Shown one piece after another: positions 35,514 to 48,794 of a DNA stretch of 64,000 bases. This stretch comes from Lophium mytilinum (taxonomy: Eukaryota): the NCBI GenBank assembly GCA_010093605.1, contig MU004196.1, positions 456,606-520,605 on the forward strand, read 5' to 3'. Every line of letters starts with the position of its first letter. Position 1 is the first letter of the stretch. The translations under genes were made by a program, and so were the position numbers. A model generated the notes under the pieces. That model saw nothing but the letters and a program-made list of their open reading frames with translations. It did not search any database and was not told where the DNA came from.

Positions 35514-35837
35514 TTATCTCAGCTCCTCTCCCAAAACCTCCTCCACTCCAGCAGGCGTAGGAGCTGGCGTAGCCACGACCCTCTTTGGAGAGTGCGTCTG
35601 CCAAGGAGCCGTCTGCCACGAAGCCGTCTGCCACGGATGTTTCTGCCATGGTGCCGTCTGCCAAGGGTGCTTCTGCCATGGTGCCGTCTGCCAAGGGTGC
35701 TTCTGCCACGATGCAGTCTGCCAAGGATGGGATTGAGTCCATATATTTGCTAAGCGCCAAGGCGAGTCTGCTAGAACTCCGGCACTGATGGCAATGAGGG
35801 CGAGGAAGGCGAGGAGGCGGAGGATTGGGGATTGCAT
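35514..35837 (-). CDS. Small secreted protein with tandem W/Q pentapeptide repeats
   Basis: Signal peptide MQSPILRLLAFLALIAISAGVLA, then DSPWR...SHPWQ TASWQ KHPWQ TAPWQ KHPWQ TAPWQ KHPWQ TASWQ TAPWQ, KR, acidic tail; 15/30-bp DNA repeat at ~35595-35730. Confidence 0.75.
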   Translation of the reverse strand: MQSPILRLLAFLALIAISAGVLADSPWRLANIWTQSHPWQTASWQKHPWQTAPWQKHPWQTAPWQKHPWQTASWQTAPWQTHSPKRVVATPAPTPAGVEEVLGEELR

Positions 35838-37001
35838 TTTCGTATCGGGCTCGGGTGATAGTGGGAATTGTAAACGTGGAGCTTGCTTGTTGATTTGGAG
35901 AGAAGGGGAGTACGATTGAAGGATGGCTGAAAAAGTACTTGACTCGGTTCGAAGGACGACTTATAAGTGTTTAGGACATTATAGGTGGTATCTATACCCC
36001 CTTATCGCGATGCGGGGAAGGACAGGGGAAAAGCAGGATTACGTCGATCTGGCGTCATCTTTTCTACCGACCTCCGTCCATCATACCCTCCACTAACTCA
36101 TGGATGGAGTGAAATGTCCATGAAGCTTTAGATGCAGCAGCAATTACAAACGCGGATGTGGGTGGAAGGGTGCAGGAGTGTCAACATACCCCACACCCAC
36201 CTGTGATGGCAAGTGGCGTTGACCGAAACTATAGAGGGCGAAGGGAATGCAGCCCCGCTATCTAGACTTAGTGATGGCAAGCTTCACTGGCCCATAACGG
36301 CAGTATATCAGTCTGGTTTTTGATGGTAGGCCGCGTCGCTAGAATGAATGCTTGGGGCTTTTCTTTAACAGACGATCGTGACAACCATTATTCTGATGGA
36401 CGGACTACGCTGAAAGCCAAGCCATGTGAACGTGGTAGACGCCGATGATGATTCTCAGATCATCCTCCCAGCCACCTCTCCAAACCGGGTGACTGGTTTC
36501 TCTGAGCTGGATCAAAAACTTAGGGATGAAAGATACATATATCCGAGAGAACCAAGACATTACCAAGCGATACTTGATAGGCCGTGAATGATTAATCTGA
36601 TTGCAGGCACTCGCGTGATCAGATAAGGTAGAAAGTGGGATAGGCCAATCTACTTAAGAACGTAACCAGGTAGGTGCCAGGCTACATCCCTACTCATGGC
36701 AGGGGGCAGTGATCTCTATTTTAGTCAATAGGAATCAAAATACGAGGTCGATGACAGTCCTTTGGCTCGGCAAATGTTAGGAGTAGCAACGGATGCCAAA
36801 CATGTAGTGTTTCTCAATTTGACAAATGCTAGGAGTCGAAGTTGATGTTTGACGTCGAAGAAACGAATCTGACTAATCCTAAAATAGAATACCAGCTCGT
36901 AATCTTTGAACAGCCTTGGCAAAAATGTCGACGAACAAGGGTCATCTCAAGCTGCTGACGAGTCGTATTACTCCCCCCAATAGCCCTCAATCGACAATGC
37001 C

Positions 37002-39011
37002 ATGATGCAGCAGGAGTCTCGCAAGCTCCTCGGAGACGATCCTGCCTCAGACGACGACAGCGACCACGACCAACTCCTCCCTCCGCCGCGCAACGAGAGC
37101 CTGAGCCCGAACCCAAATAGCAGACCGAACGGTAGATCGCCTCGTCCGCATGGGAACCGCCAGTCCTCCTTTGCCCAGCCAAGACCAGATGGGGCCCCGC
37201 GGACGCCGAACCGCGTGAGGTTCCAGGAGGCCGCAAATGGAGATCCCAGGGCGAATGGCCGCACCAGTTCGGAGTGGGTGGAGCGGGAAGGGGAAGATTA
37301 CATGGATGATGATGCTGGGCGGAATACAGAGGGAAGAGAGCGCGTGCAACGACTGCCGCTGCTCACGGGAATTGAGGCGCCGAGTGTGACAGCTGCGGAG
37401 GATCTTTTCAACCCAGAAGACCATCTCGAGAGCGCGAGGCCAAGGAGTAATATGAGCAGTGCCTTCATGAACATGGCCAACAGTATCATGTCAGTACATA
37501 CTTTCCAATTTATATCCAATCCCCAAATTCTTGCCTGAAATTGTGATATGTGCTGTGATTGGACGTTGCTGATGAGTTTGCAGTGGCGCTGGAATTATCG
37601 GACAACCTTACGCATTTCGCCAGGCCGGCCTCATAACTGGAACCGTCCTCCTCATAGCGCTTACGGTGACGGTGGATTGGACAATCCGGCTCATAGTCAT
37701 AAATTCGAAGCTGAGCGGTGCGGATTCGTTTCAGGCGACCATGGAAAAATGCTTTGGCAAATCTGGATTGGTTGCTATTTCCCTGGCACAATGGCTGTTG
37801 TAAGTATCCCCTGGTCAGATACTCGAGAAATGGCAAATTTTGACTTTCAACAGTGCTTTTGGAGGCATGATCGCCTTTTGTATTATTGTTGGAGACTCAA
37901 TACCCCACGTCTTCAATGCCGTATTTCCTAAGCTCAAAGACATGTCGTTCCTGTGGCTACTTACTGATCGGCGAGCCGTCATTGTCATTTTCATCCTCGG
38001 GGTCTCGTACCCGCTCTCATTGTATAGAGATATTGCTAAAGTATGCCGAACAGTCCTGCTATTGAATCCTCAGCTAACCATACCCAGTTAGCGAAAGCAA
38101 GCACATTGGCGTTAGTCAGCATGTTGGTTATCATTGTTACGGTCATCACACAGGGATTTCGAGTCCCTGCGGAGTTACGGGGCGAGTTGAAAGGCGGCAT
38201 ACTCATACACTCGGGCATATTTGAAGCGATTGGCGTTATTTCTTTTGGTAAGATATACGACTGGACGTAAATAAGAGCTGAACTGACTCGAAATAGCATT
38301 TGTTTGCCGTAAGATCGACTTTTCCACTCTTCGAGTATCTCACTACTTATCCATACACAGATCACAACTCTCTCCTCATCTATGGCTCCCTCAAGAAACC
38401 AACCATTGACCGCTTTTCCCGCGTCACCCATTACTCGACGGGTATCTCCATGGTCGCATGCCTCATTATGGCTCTGACCGGCTACCTCACCTTCGGAAGC
38501 AAGACGGAGGGCAACGTCCTCAATAATTTCCCTACAGATAACGTTATGGTCAATGTTGCACGATTGTAAGTCGCCGTTCTGTTGATGCATCTTCTTTGTC
38601 TTGGGCTTCGCTAATGTCCTCCACAGCTGCTTTGGCCTAAATATGCTCACCACCCTCCCCCTCGAAAACTTCGTCTGCCGCGAAGTGATGACAACTTACT
38701 ACTTCCCACACGAAGCCTGGGACCCGAACCGCCACCTTATCTTCACGACCGTCCTTGTCTTTTCTGCCATGTCCCTTAGCCTGCTTACCTGCGACCTTGG
38801 CGTTGTGTTCGAGCTTGTTGGTGCCACCAGCGCGTGCGCATTAGCTTACATCTTCCCACCGATTTGTTACATCAAGTTGAGCAGTCGGAGCTGGCGCACG
38901 TGGGCTGCTGGTGGCGTTGCGGCGTTTGGGTGTACGGTGATGCTTATTTCTACGGTTCTTAGTGTAAGTAAAATCGTTCGGGGTGGAGGAGAGGGTAAGA
39001 CATGTAGTTAA
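37002..39011 (+). CDS. Amino acid transporter, AAAP/Aa_trans family (vacuolar Avt2-like), multi-exon
   Basis: AFMNMANSI|IGAGIIGQPYAFRQAG, AFGGMIAFCIIVGD, SLYRDIAK|LAKAS, HNSLLIYGSL, GNVLNNFP, FGLNMLTTLPLE. Exact start uncertain. Confidence 0.9.
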
Positions 39012-40097
39012 GACATGACATTATGTAACATTGGGTAGGTGTTTACGGTAGATCTACGGGTTGGTTGATTTGAATCAGGTACCTTTCAAAGATGCGTTGC
39101 GGTCTGGCGGATGCCTTCGCAATTCGCTTTTGTGGTATGCCAATAATGCAAAGCGTCAATGCTAGTTCACATGGAATCGGAAGTTTCTAGCGCCCGTCCG
39201 GCTCGAGTTTACTTACCTGCAAGATTTCATGGGCAAATTACTCGCGCTGATGAGGCTCCTTTTATTCCCGGTTCATTTTCTCCTATCCCTTGCATTCCCC
39301 ACAGCCGGTACCTGATCGACGCTTGGATGTTGAATCTCGGCTGACACCGACGAGTCAAATGAACATTCACCATGGCAATATGCAGTCTGCACACTTCATA
39401 GTCATTCAGACAATGTGTAATTTCTCAGCTCCTGCAGAGAGTCAAGTCATGGTCGAGGACGAGATGGAAATTTAGATTCTATCAGAAGGTTCAGGACTAT
39501 TGACCGCAACTTCGCGCGACTTCGCACCTAAGGAACAATTGACGAAGATCTACACTCACGCAATACGCCAAGTACACACGTCCTGTAGTTCTTACACTTC
39601 AATTGGTACCCCGGCTCGTGGCGGAAGCCACCCGGTACGAGTCAAAGCGGTCAAAGCGGCCACATGGGGCGCCGCTCAACGGCCGCCAGCCGGGGTCGAC
39701 AGCGATCATGACCATATCCGGGCACGCTCACGAGAGCAAACAGAGTGATGGATCTGCATCCAGCTGAGGAGGTGACCGGATATGGATTGACAGCAAGCTC
39801 GCGTAATACAAAGAGAGCCGGAGACATGATTCGCAAGAGACCAGGGTCCAGAGGAAGAGGCAAACCTCATGAACATCTTTGGGGCTTGGGACAGACTCCT
39901 GAGTGACACGACGCGTCTCTTTCTGAACGACTGATCCTACGTCAGGAGAAGGGAAGTCGTATAAAGGGCCGAGGATTTGTCGCTCGTTTTTTCCCCATCA
40001 TCACAAGAACAATCAGCTTTCCCATTCTCACTCCAGTCGCTCTTTTAGGCATATCCAAATCTAGTCACTCTTTTAAGCTAGCCAGAAATTATTCATC

Positions 40098-40882
40098 ATG
40101 AGGTTCTCGTCCTTCTCCCTGTTCGCCCTCTCGGGACTGTTCGCCGGTGCTCTCGCCGCGCCTGTCGTCGCTCGCGGTAGCGGTTACGGAGAGGTCACGG
40201 AGACCGTCTCCAGCGTCGTGGCGCCTGTTGCCACGCATGTTTACAGCGCCGAGCCGGCTGTTGCCACGCATATTTCCAACGTCAAGACCATCACGATCCT
40301 CACCCAGCTCGTGTATGATGTCAAGGTCCACACTGGTGCTATCAGTAAGTTGCGACCTGGCTTATCGAGCCCTCTTAAATAAGGACGTCAAACTCACATG
40401 ATTCCAGACGCCACCCTTGTCGACGTCGTCGTCACCGAGACCGAGAAGCTCAAGATCATCCAGTTCGTCCAGAACGAAGTCAAGCAGATCGTCGCCATCA
40501 TCAACACCGCCGTCACCGGTATCCTCGACCTCGAGGTCATCCAGCTCGTGGAAGCGGACTTGAAGACCGTCGTCTCTCTCCTCGTCGAGCTGATTGTCGA
40601 AATCGTCTTCACGCTCCAGGGCGTCGTCAAGATCATCGGAGGCAGTAAGTGGACACATCTCGCCCATTTTAAACTGCGGATAGCTAACATCTCAAACCAG
40701 CTGTTTCGGAACTCCTCGGCTTCATCCTGCCCCTCCTCGTCAACGTCATCATTGCGCTGCTCCACGCCGTCGCGGCCATTGTCGGCGATGTCCTGTCCCT
40801 GCTCAAGCTTGTTCTCGAGCCGGTTTTGGATATCGTTGGTGGTATCCTCATTGGTCTTGGAAAGCTCCTGCAAGAGTTGTAG
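40098..40882 (+). CDS. Secreted Leu/Val/Ile-rich amphipathic protein (SC15-like)
   Basis: Signal peptide MRFSSFSLFALSGLFAGALA; three exons (introns ~40345-40407 and ~40646-40700); last exon VSELLGFILPLLVNVIIALLHAVAAIVGDVLSLLKLVLEPVLDIVGGILIGLGKLLQEL; no Cys pattern. Confidence 0.75.
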
Positions 40883-41931
40883 ATCGTCGTGTCTACTCCA
40901 AAGCATTATGATAGCATAGCGATGGCAGGGGATTGTGTGAATTGGTAGAATAGATGGGTACGACGCCATGAAGGTCACTCTTCGGCGTTGAACCTCCTGA
41001 GTAGTAATTTTAATTTATATTGTGTTGAGAAAAGTTTACGTTTTGATGCTAGCGCGATTATTGCATGCTTGATCTGCAGCGCATCTAAGACTCTGGAAAT
41101 CGACGAATTACATTGAGTTGCACGGGTGGCTCGGCTTGTGAGACAACGAGTTTGATTTGGAGATAGCAAGGCTCCTGGTTTGAGAGAGTTTGCAAGTTCT
41201 GCGACTGAGGTTAGTCCTTGGTCACGAGGGTTGCACCACACAATGCAGTGGCGCTTGAACAACACAATGTAGGGGCGCACAGCAAGTTTACATGTTCCCA
41301 GTTCACATTAATTCTGAAAGGCTCATACTAGTCGTGCCACTTGACTCAATTTGCATCACGGCTTTGAGCTTTGTGCTACCGGTCACGTGACTGGTTCTAA
41401 GGTCAGTCTCACCCTCGCTTCCCTCCACTCCAATCTCACTCCACTCCATCTCCCCTCCGCCCCATCCCATTACACATCGTCCAATAGGGGTGTATGCGCA
41501 GGAGAAAACGGGTGTACGTGGAGGAAAAACGTAGTGTAGGGTTATCAGTCCCCTATAGAACTGCGAAAGAAATCATAGCATTTTACGGACCAAAGGAAGC
41601 ACTGTCCCTTTACAATATTCTATCTCTGTCGCTAAGTTTTGGATCAGCTCACAAGAATTCTCTTTGTTGGTCTTTGCGTACCATCAAACTCTCAGATTCT
41701 TCTGTATGTTATATGGGGGCTCGAACCATACTTTGTGGTGGGCAATGTAGTGTTCTCTTCACCCACACAGCATTCACTCGCGCATACGGTGAATCTTCGA
41801 ACTGTGGGAAGAGATAGGAACTGATTTGGGCGCCCGAAAAGCTCGAATATACCGTCAACGATTGAAAAGAGCTATATAACGCCCCTAGGGTCAACACATG
41901 GTTGAACTCACCCACACACCAACCGGTCAAT

Positions 41932-43037
41932 ATGCCCACCACTGGCCCACCCACACCACCACCAGAAATGAACTGCGCATACAAAGCGTGCGGCGCAGCC
42001 AACGCTTCTTATGCTTGTTCCGCATGCGCTGATGCTCCTCACTACAACGAGACACTTGCACCGCACCCTCCTTATGATTGCTTACCATGCGCTCATGCTC
42101 CTAAAACCAGCCGAGCACAGCCCCGTTACCCAGCCTATGACTGCGGAGCACGCTGTCTGGAAGCAGATCTCAAGAAGCGTCAGACGGACTGTTCAATCCT
42201 CGCGAGCCGCAAAACTCTCCATCGCAGGCTTGCCCTCATTGATATCGCCCTCCTTGCATTCCTCGAGGCAGCATACCGCTACAAACTCGGACGCGTTGAA
42301 GAAGAAAACGGAGAGCTGATCATGTACATAGAGCAGGTCATGGATCGGAGTGATCCACAGCCATTACCCCAGGGGCTAGAAATGGAAGTCAAGGAGGCAG
42401 TACTGACATATATGGCCTGCTCGCACGCTCCTGTGCTGATATACGAGCTACTGGAGGAACTAATTGAGCAAGGGTTAGTCGAGGAGATCGAGGAGATCCG
42501 AGTCATTGCGCTACCGACGAGGAAGATGAAGTATGTCATTGATAATTTTGAAAATTCGCAACCGCAAGGTAGAGTTGGGAAGGAGTACCATGAGGCAATT
42601 TTTCTGGCAACAAAGCGTATGTTTTCGACCCCACTGGGCGACAGTACGGCTTCACCCAGCCGCTGTTAACCGCCGCCAAGTTCCTTCGTGAGCGATGCGA
42701 AGACAATAAGCTCCACGACTCTTGGAGCCTTGGACACAAGGCTGAGTTCCACACCGGCCTTATAGAGACGTTCCTAAAGGAGAACACAGTGGAGGATGGA
42801 GGTCCAAAATATAAGCGCTTGAACCGACGTCTAGAGTTCCCGAAGCGGTGGTTGGGCACGTTTGAGTGGGAAAACAAGGGGAGGACGGCCGTCAATAAGG
42901 AATGGAAGAAGTGGTTTGAATTGCAGGGTATGTCACCAGAAAAGGTAGCTGAGTTGCCTGAACAGCAATTTGAAGAGAAGAAAAAAGAGCTCGGGACTTC
43001 TATTTTGGCAGAAGTAGGAGCTATAATGAGACATTAG
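41932..43037 (+). pseudogene. Degenerate MYND-like fungal protein with frameshift
   Basis: N-terminal CAYKAC...CSACADAP...CGARCLEAD; the frame changes near 42600 into AYVFDPTGRQYGF..., which continues to ORF 42789-43037; no clear intron. Confidence 0.5.
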
Positions 43038-43657
43038 AGCAGAGGGCTTGTAATGAATAGGCTGTACGGTGAGAATGCCCAAGGCTAGGAAAGAAATGTA
43101 GAGTCTTATGACCAGGCACTTCTAATTGAGATGCAGTCTCAATAACCTTGTTTCAAAATTGACCAGTGCTATCGCACATCACTCGATCTATTTATAGCTT
43201 CCTCAACGTGATGCATGCACTCAACGTTCTCTACCGTTCCCTTGCCTTTTTCTCCACAAATGCCTCTGCTTTCATCCGCGCAGCCGCCAACCTAGTGGTC
43301 ATGTCACTATTCCTGGCATCTATTTTAGTTTTATTCCTGCAATCCCGAATGGTAGGCAAAGTTATGACGATGTGGCAACAGTCAGCGGCAAATGACTCGT
43401 GTATCAAATACGTAGCTACCGCTCTCAATGTTCCCGATAAAAGTTACACGACCTCGTATTCGTGCAAAGACTCGATCTTTTGCACTTCCTGTGCGCCCTC
43501 ACATCTAGGTACAGCTGCTAGTCGCCGAGTACTTGCGTAACGGTGTAGCACGGAGGGTATGATCCAAACAACCCCTTAAAGTCAGGTCTCAGGTATTTAG
43601 GAGTGTGAATACGTGGATCTTTAGTAAGTAAACCGTAGAATCAAATTAAACATCGAT

Positions 43658-44349
43658 ATGCAATTCCTTCGAATCCTCCTCCCGGCTCTTTGGACGGCAT
43701 TGACATCAGCCGAGGTCTCCAGTAACGAGGAATGTAAAGGAACCGAATACGTAGCGAAGGTCAGCTTATTCAAACCGCGTACAACTCCACCTTGACACGC
43801 CCACAGTATGATGACCTTCCATGGATTGAAGGCTCTTACAACCCCATCCCACCCCACTACTACGGCCTCTCCTACACGACGTTCCAAGTCGATCATTACG
43901 ATGGCTTCATTCCCGCAACCTCTGGAAATCAATCCGCCATGGCTTTCGGTGGAAGCGGAAACATTACTATTCCAGATTCGTATGTCAAGCTTTCATGCAC
44001 TTAAAATTAAGCTGATCGAGACATGGAAAGACCTCCGCATGGTACCTTCGATTTAAAGTCCTTCTCCTACGCGTGCATCGCCGGTATCCCACAACCCGAA
44101 TGCGCAATCAGCATCTGGGGCTTCCGGACCTGGGGTAGGGCGAAGACACTTCACACGACGATTACGTTCCCACGAATTGACCCTGGGCATATCATTGAAG
44201 ACTTCAAAATGAACAAGACGGAGTTCGGCCGTGAGTGGAGTGGGCTCAAGAGTTTAGGATTTGCGATAGCGCGCAAGGACGATGGTGGAGACATGTATGG
44301 TGGTTTGATGCTTGATGATGTGAAGTATGTTGTCAATTCTGGAAAGTGA
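43658..44349 (+). CDS. Small secreted protein of unknown function (3 exons)
   Basis: Signal peptide MQFLRILLPALWTALTSA; exons YDDLPW...PIPPHYYGLSY and TFDLKSFSYAC...CAISIWG...LMLDDVKY; GT-AG introns. Confidence 0.75.
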
Positions 44350-44628
44350 GTGATTAGCCTAGCTAGCCAATGGGATGGATGTTTTGGCGGAGAGACGTTT
44401 GCGAATTTCCTTTCGGGACTCGTTCATTGGAACAAAGAGAAATGGGGCTTGAGTGGGCTGTAATGACAAAGAATTATGACGATGAGCTTACATGAACGTT
44501 ATTCCGAAGATCGCGTCTCATTGATCGTCAATACTAAATTGAGGATTGAGTTGGTTTTACGTGTCAAATTCTCAACCAGCCTTCATGTTCACCTTGTGTT
44601 TTTCGAAAATCCAGCTCCTCCTGCGAAA

Positions 44629-46119
44629 TGCCAGGTCGTAGACCATTACGAGATTCCATCCTACACTATGGTTAGAACATCTTCAAAACGCACTTAGAAA
44701 GAACCTCTGGCAGGCAAGCTGAACACGACGATGAGAGCTTTCGAAGATCTTAAATCACTGACAGTAATTCAGGAGAGTAACCGCCGCACGACATCGAGCA
44801 GCTTGGGCACGACTCCCGCAAGCTGATATCGATACCATCTGGGAACCGTCAAGCCCGCGTTATCACCCTCCTAATTCAGACTTAGATTCCGATAATCCAA
44901 CGCTACCTCCAGTAGCGGGACGGACTGGCGAAGACAGAACAGGGAATAGGGCGTCTTCGGGAGAAGGTCCCGCGAGCCCATCTCGCCCTCCTAGGGGTGG
45001 TGAGGAGGGGAATGGTGCCGCCGAATCTGCCCTTACAAAAAGATATAGAGATGAGCTTGTCGCCTTGAGAATTGACTACAAAATTGTGACCGGTCGAATG
45101 GAGAGAGCGGAAGCCATGGCCAGGAGACTAATGCCGGGAAATCGTGAGGGCGAAACTCCGCAGGGAAGTGACCAGACATCTGCGCTTTCTCTAGAAGAGA
45201 CGCAAAACGTGCCCCCAAATGAACAGCTCGAAGAGCGGGAACCTCAAGAAGACGATGATGATGGCATTGATGATCTGGGTGACTACCTCGACGGGCTTGA
45301 CGACGCAATGTGGAAGGACACACTAAAAACTCCACCTCCTGAAGACACCGAGGATGAGGATGATTTAGCATTCCTCGCACGCGATGGAGGAGACATAGCC
45401 GGGGATAGTCAGAGCGACACAAGACAAGGCCCAGAAGACGCAGAAGGACGGAAGTTCCCCTCTTACGTACACACCGATATCAAACCCGACAACATCTTCC
45501 TCGGAGATGCACGAGATGACGTCTATCCCGCTTGTAAATGTCCGTTTCTTGCAGACCTAGCGAATACAGCTATTTCTGGAACACCCGCTCAACCCATGGC
45601 ACTGCCAGCCGGCTATCTGCCTCCAGTACGTATAGCATGTTCAGGAGATAGAAGCCTAGCTTGCTAACGAGTCCTCCAGGCAGCTACCCTAGGACCTCGA
45701 AGACGAGTAACCGGCGAAAGCATGGTTTGGCAGATTGGGCTACTTCTGTACTCATTAACGCGTGAGCTTGGGGGCTGGGTCCTGCTTTGCAAGGCGAAGC
45801 GATGTCAATGGGTCAGATATTGGAGGTCGATTGGAGGTCAGAACAAAACAGCTTGGGTCGTGAGCCATACGGTAAGCTGTACTCATTACGCTTGGAAGAG
45901 TTGATCAAATCCTGCCTCGCAAAACGGAAAAGAGACAGGCCTACCATTCAGTCATTGCATCGGCAAGCGCAAGAGGGCTTGATTGAATTAGATAAGGCCC
46001 AAGGGCTTCGGAGTAGAAGTGCGGATGAACTTCCTGATTTCTTGAAAGTACAGTTTCATGAAGACGAGTTTATGCTTGGGCAACGAAGACCAAAACGGAA
46101 GAGGCGCAAATTGAGCTGA
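44629..46119 (+). pseudogene. Atypical protein kinase-like gene copy 1, degraded
   Basis: YVHTDIKPDNIFLG...PFLADLAN, GYLPP, VWQIGLLL, YSLRLEELIKSCL...RPT. The 5' region (44821-44867) matches copy 2 (46750-46797). N-lobe exons not found; frameshift at a G5 run ~45770. Confidence 0.7.
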
Positions 46120-46555
46120 ATTCCACTCGATTCGAACCTGGGGTCTCCTATCCCAAACTTCTTTTGACAATTCAAGCTTCTCCATTCAGTTGAAACAAAC
46201 TCTCGGCTATTCACATCTCAGTAAAATAGCAAATCTCCAGTCCGCGGCATCTCCTGCAGCTAGGGAATTTGTCTTGTTGTGAAAACGCTTGCGGCTTCTG
46301 CTGAGCTATTGGCCAGATTTCTTTCATCAGAACAAAGCGAAGATGCAAATGACTGAGTGGTGCGCACTATAACAAAGACTTACGGTTGTCCGAAGGCCCG
46401 AGCTTTCTAAAGCTCAATTCATGGATCGCGGCCATTTGAAAATTACCCAAGACGCCTGAACACATCGAATACAGTCAAAGCTCAAACATAGGCTATAATT
46501 CCAATCGCGCCCTTCCTATTCATGATATCAGCAGGTAAATAGCTTTTTCGCCAAG

Positions 46556-48692
46556 ATGGTAGGCCGTGGTACTGGTAGAGCACCACTGAGAGGTGGTATG
46601 CCGTATGGTTATTACCGTCACTGGGAATCTCTAAGACGAGGAGCTTTCAATAGGCAAGTTGCCAATGCCATGGTTCTGTCCATTTCTAATGCTTCTCTAG
46701 GAGAGTAGCGCCAAGAGACGCCGGTGAAGCATGGAGGAACCTCCCACAAGCTGACATCGATAACATTTGGGAACCTTCAAGCGCTCGTTATCATAGAGAC
46801 TTTGCCGATCTTCCCGCGGATCGAAGGCCTCGTAACCCTCCCATACGGCCGCCATGGGATGCGCCGGCCCCGCCTGAATCGCCAGAAAGCGATGATGGTG
46901 TAGCCAGTAACACACCTCCCACCGATAATCGAAATGAAACATCGGGACGTGCTCAAGGTGGAATCGATAAGGGAAAGAAGCGTGCGCATCCTGGGAAACC
47001 GGATGGTGATGATGATGACCCGTCAGAGTCGAGTCCAGGATCAGAAGGGGATAACCCAGCTCCGATACCATCCCCTGTAATTCCAGAAAAGGTGCAACCA
47101 ATTGTCAAAGCCATCGACGATATGATATCCGAGCCGAAACGTTGGAAATTCCAGTGGATGTCAAGAGAGGGAGCAAACTCAACAGCCGCGCTTTTCGTTA
47201 GAGTAGATGACGGTGGATACATACGAGACGTAGGTTAGGTCTCCGGGAAGTGGTACGTATCGAGCTGACGTATGAGATACAGAGAATGTTTGTGAAACAT
47301 ATTTTAGGAGATGAGGCTGGCAGTATAGTCGACGTGCTGGATCGTCCAGAACCAGGGGAAGCTGCGAGCCCACCACCTCGGCCAGGAACTTGGACAGCGT
47401 ACACAAGAGTGAAGCTTCTTCAAGTAAAAGATGCGCCTAGCGAAATCGTCGTCCATTACCTGCAGTCCGAAGTATATGGGAATTCTAATGTGCCCACTTT
47501 CAGAACGGCGGCAAGACGTGCGGGGGGCACGACATCCCGATGGTTAGTCTTACCTGTATGGAAGTCATTTCGCAAATCCTAAAGCATAGAGGATCCTTGA
47601 AACTAATTTGGCTGCAACTTTTAGGATCGTTTACATGGAGTACGCTCCATTTGGTAGCCTTGAGGAAATCATCACCCATTATGGAGGTTTGGAGTAGTGA
47701 GTCTTTGCTGACCTCCTAGGCTAAAATTGAAATCGACAAGGCTGATTATGTTCCTCAGTGGCCTCATTCCCGAAATCTTTATTTGGTACGTTGCCGAATC
47801 ACTGGCCAGTGCGTGTAAATCGTTGATATGGGGTGATGACCCTCCGTCCGATGTGGACTTGGTCCGCTCTTCCGACATGTCAGAAAATTCGGATGAAGAC
47901 GAGACCGGAGCTCGTAATAATAGGTCAAAAAAGAAGGGTAAGGCAAAGAGCAAGAACAGGGCGACGATTGATGATGATAGCTCGGATGATGATAGCTCGG
48001 ATGATGTTAGTTCGGATGATGTTAGTTCGGATGAGGCACCGCCTCGATATGTACACACGGATATCAAGCCCGAGAACATTCTCCTTGGCGAGGCACAAAA
48101 CGGATACTATTCAGTATATAAGCACCCTCTGCTTGCAGACCTGGGCGACCTAGCAGTTTCAGGGGAAAGGCACATTGTGGACACGCCCGGCTACTGCGCG
48201 CCGGTTAGTGCTTAGAACGGTGGAAATCAAAGCAAGAGTTACTGACTCAGTCTGCAGGAAGTTGACATCGCCAGGCTTGCTAGCGGAAAGACCATGGTGT
48301 GGGAGATAGGAATCATCCTGTGGTGTCTGACACGTCGTGTCTTGGGGATTGAAGAACAAAAAGTTGACCGTGTCCCTGCGCCGTTTAGACTGGAGCACAC
48401 AGTACCCGTGCAGGACTTTATAGATCGGTACAGCATGAACAACGAGCGCTATGAGAGGTTATACTCGAAACGTCTTGAGGATTTGATCCTCCACTGTCTA
48501 CAGACGCACAAGCGACGTCGGCCTACCATTGCGAAGCTATACCAAAAAGCGCGGGATGGCCTGGAAGTCATCAATCGAACACAAGGACTTCTGAGCGCAA
48601 ACCCCGACGATGTCCCCCAATTCTTGCGTATCCCTTTCAAAGCAGATCAGTATCCAATTGAGTCCAAGAGGAAGAGACGGAGGCAGACTTAG
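46556..48692 (+). CDS. Atypical protein kinase-like gene copy 2, multi-exon
   Basis: RMFVKH, IVYMEYAPFGSLEEII, IPEIFIWYVAESLASAC, acidic insert, YVHTDIKPENILLG...LADLGD, TPGYCAP|E, VWEIGIIL, YSKRLEDLILHCL...RPT; C-terminal basic NLS-like KRKRRR. Confidence 0.8.
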
Positions 48693-48794
48693 TGTCGAGA
48701 TTGGGACGCTGGGTCGGCACGATGGAGTATGTCAGAGTATCATAGATTAGCGTTGAAGAACAAGGACTTGACGAAAACTTTCTCTCCATCAATC

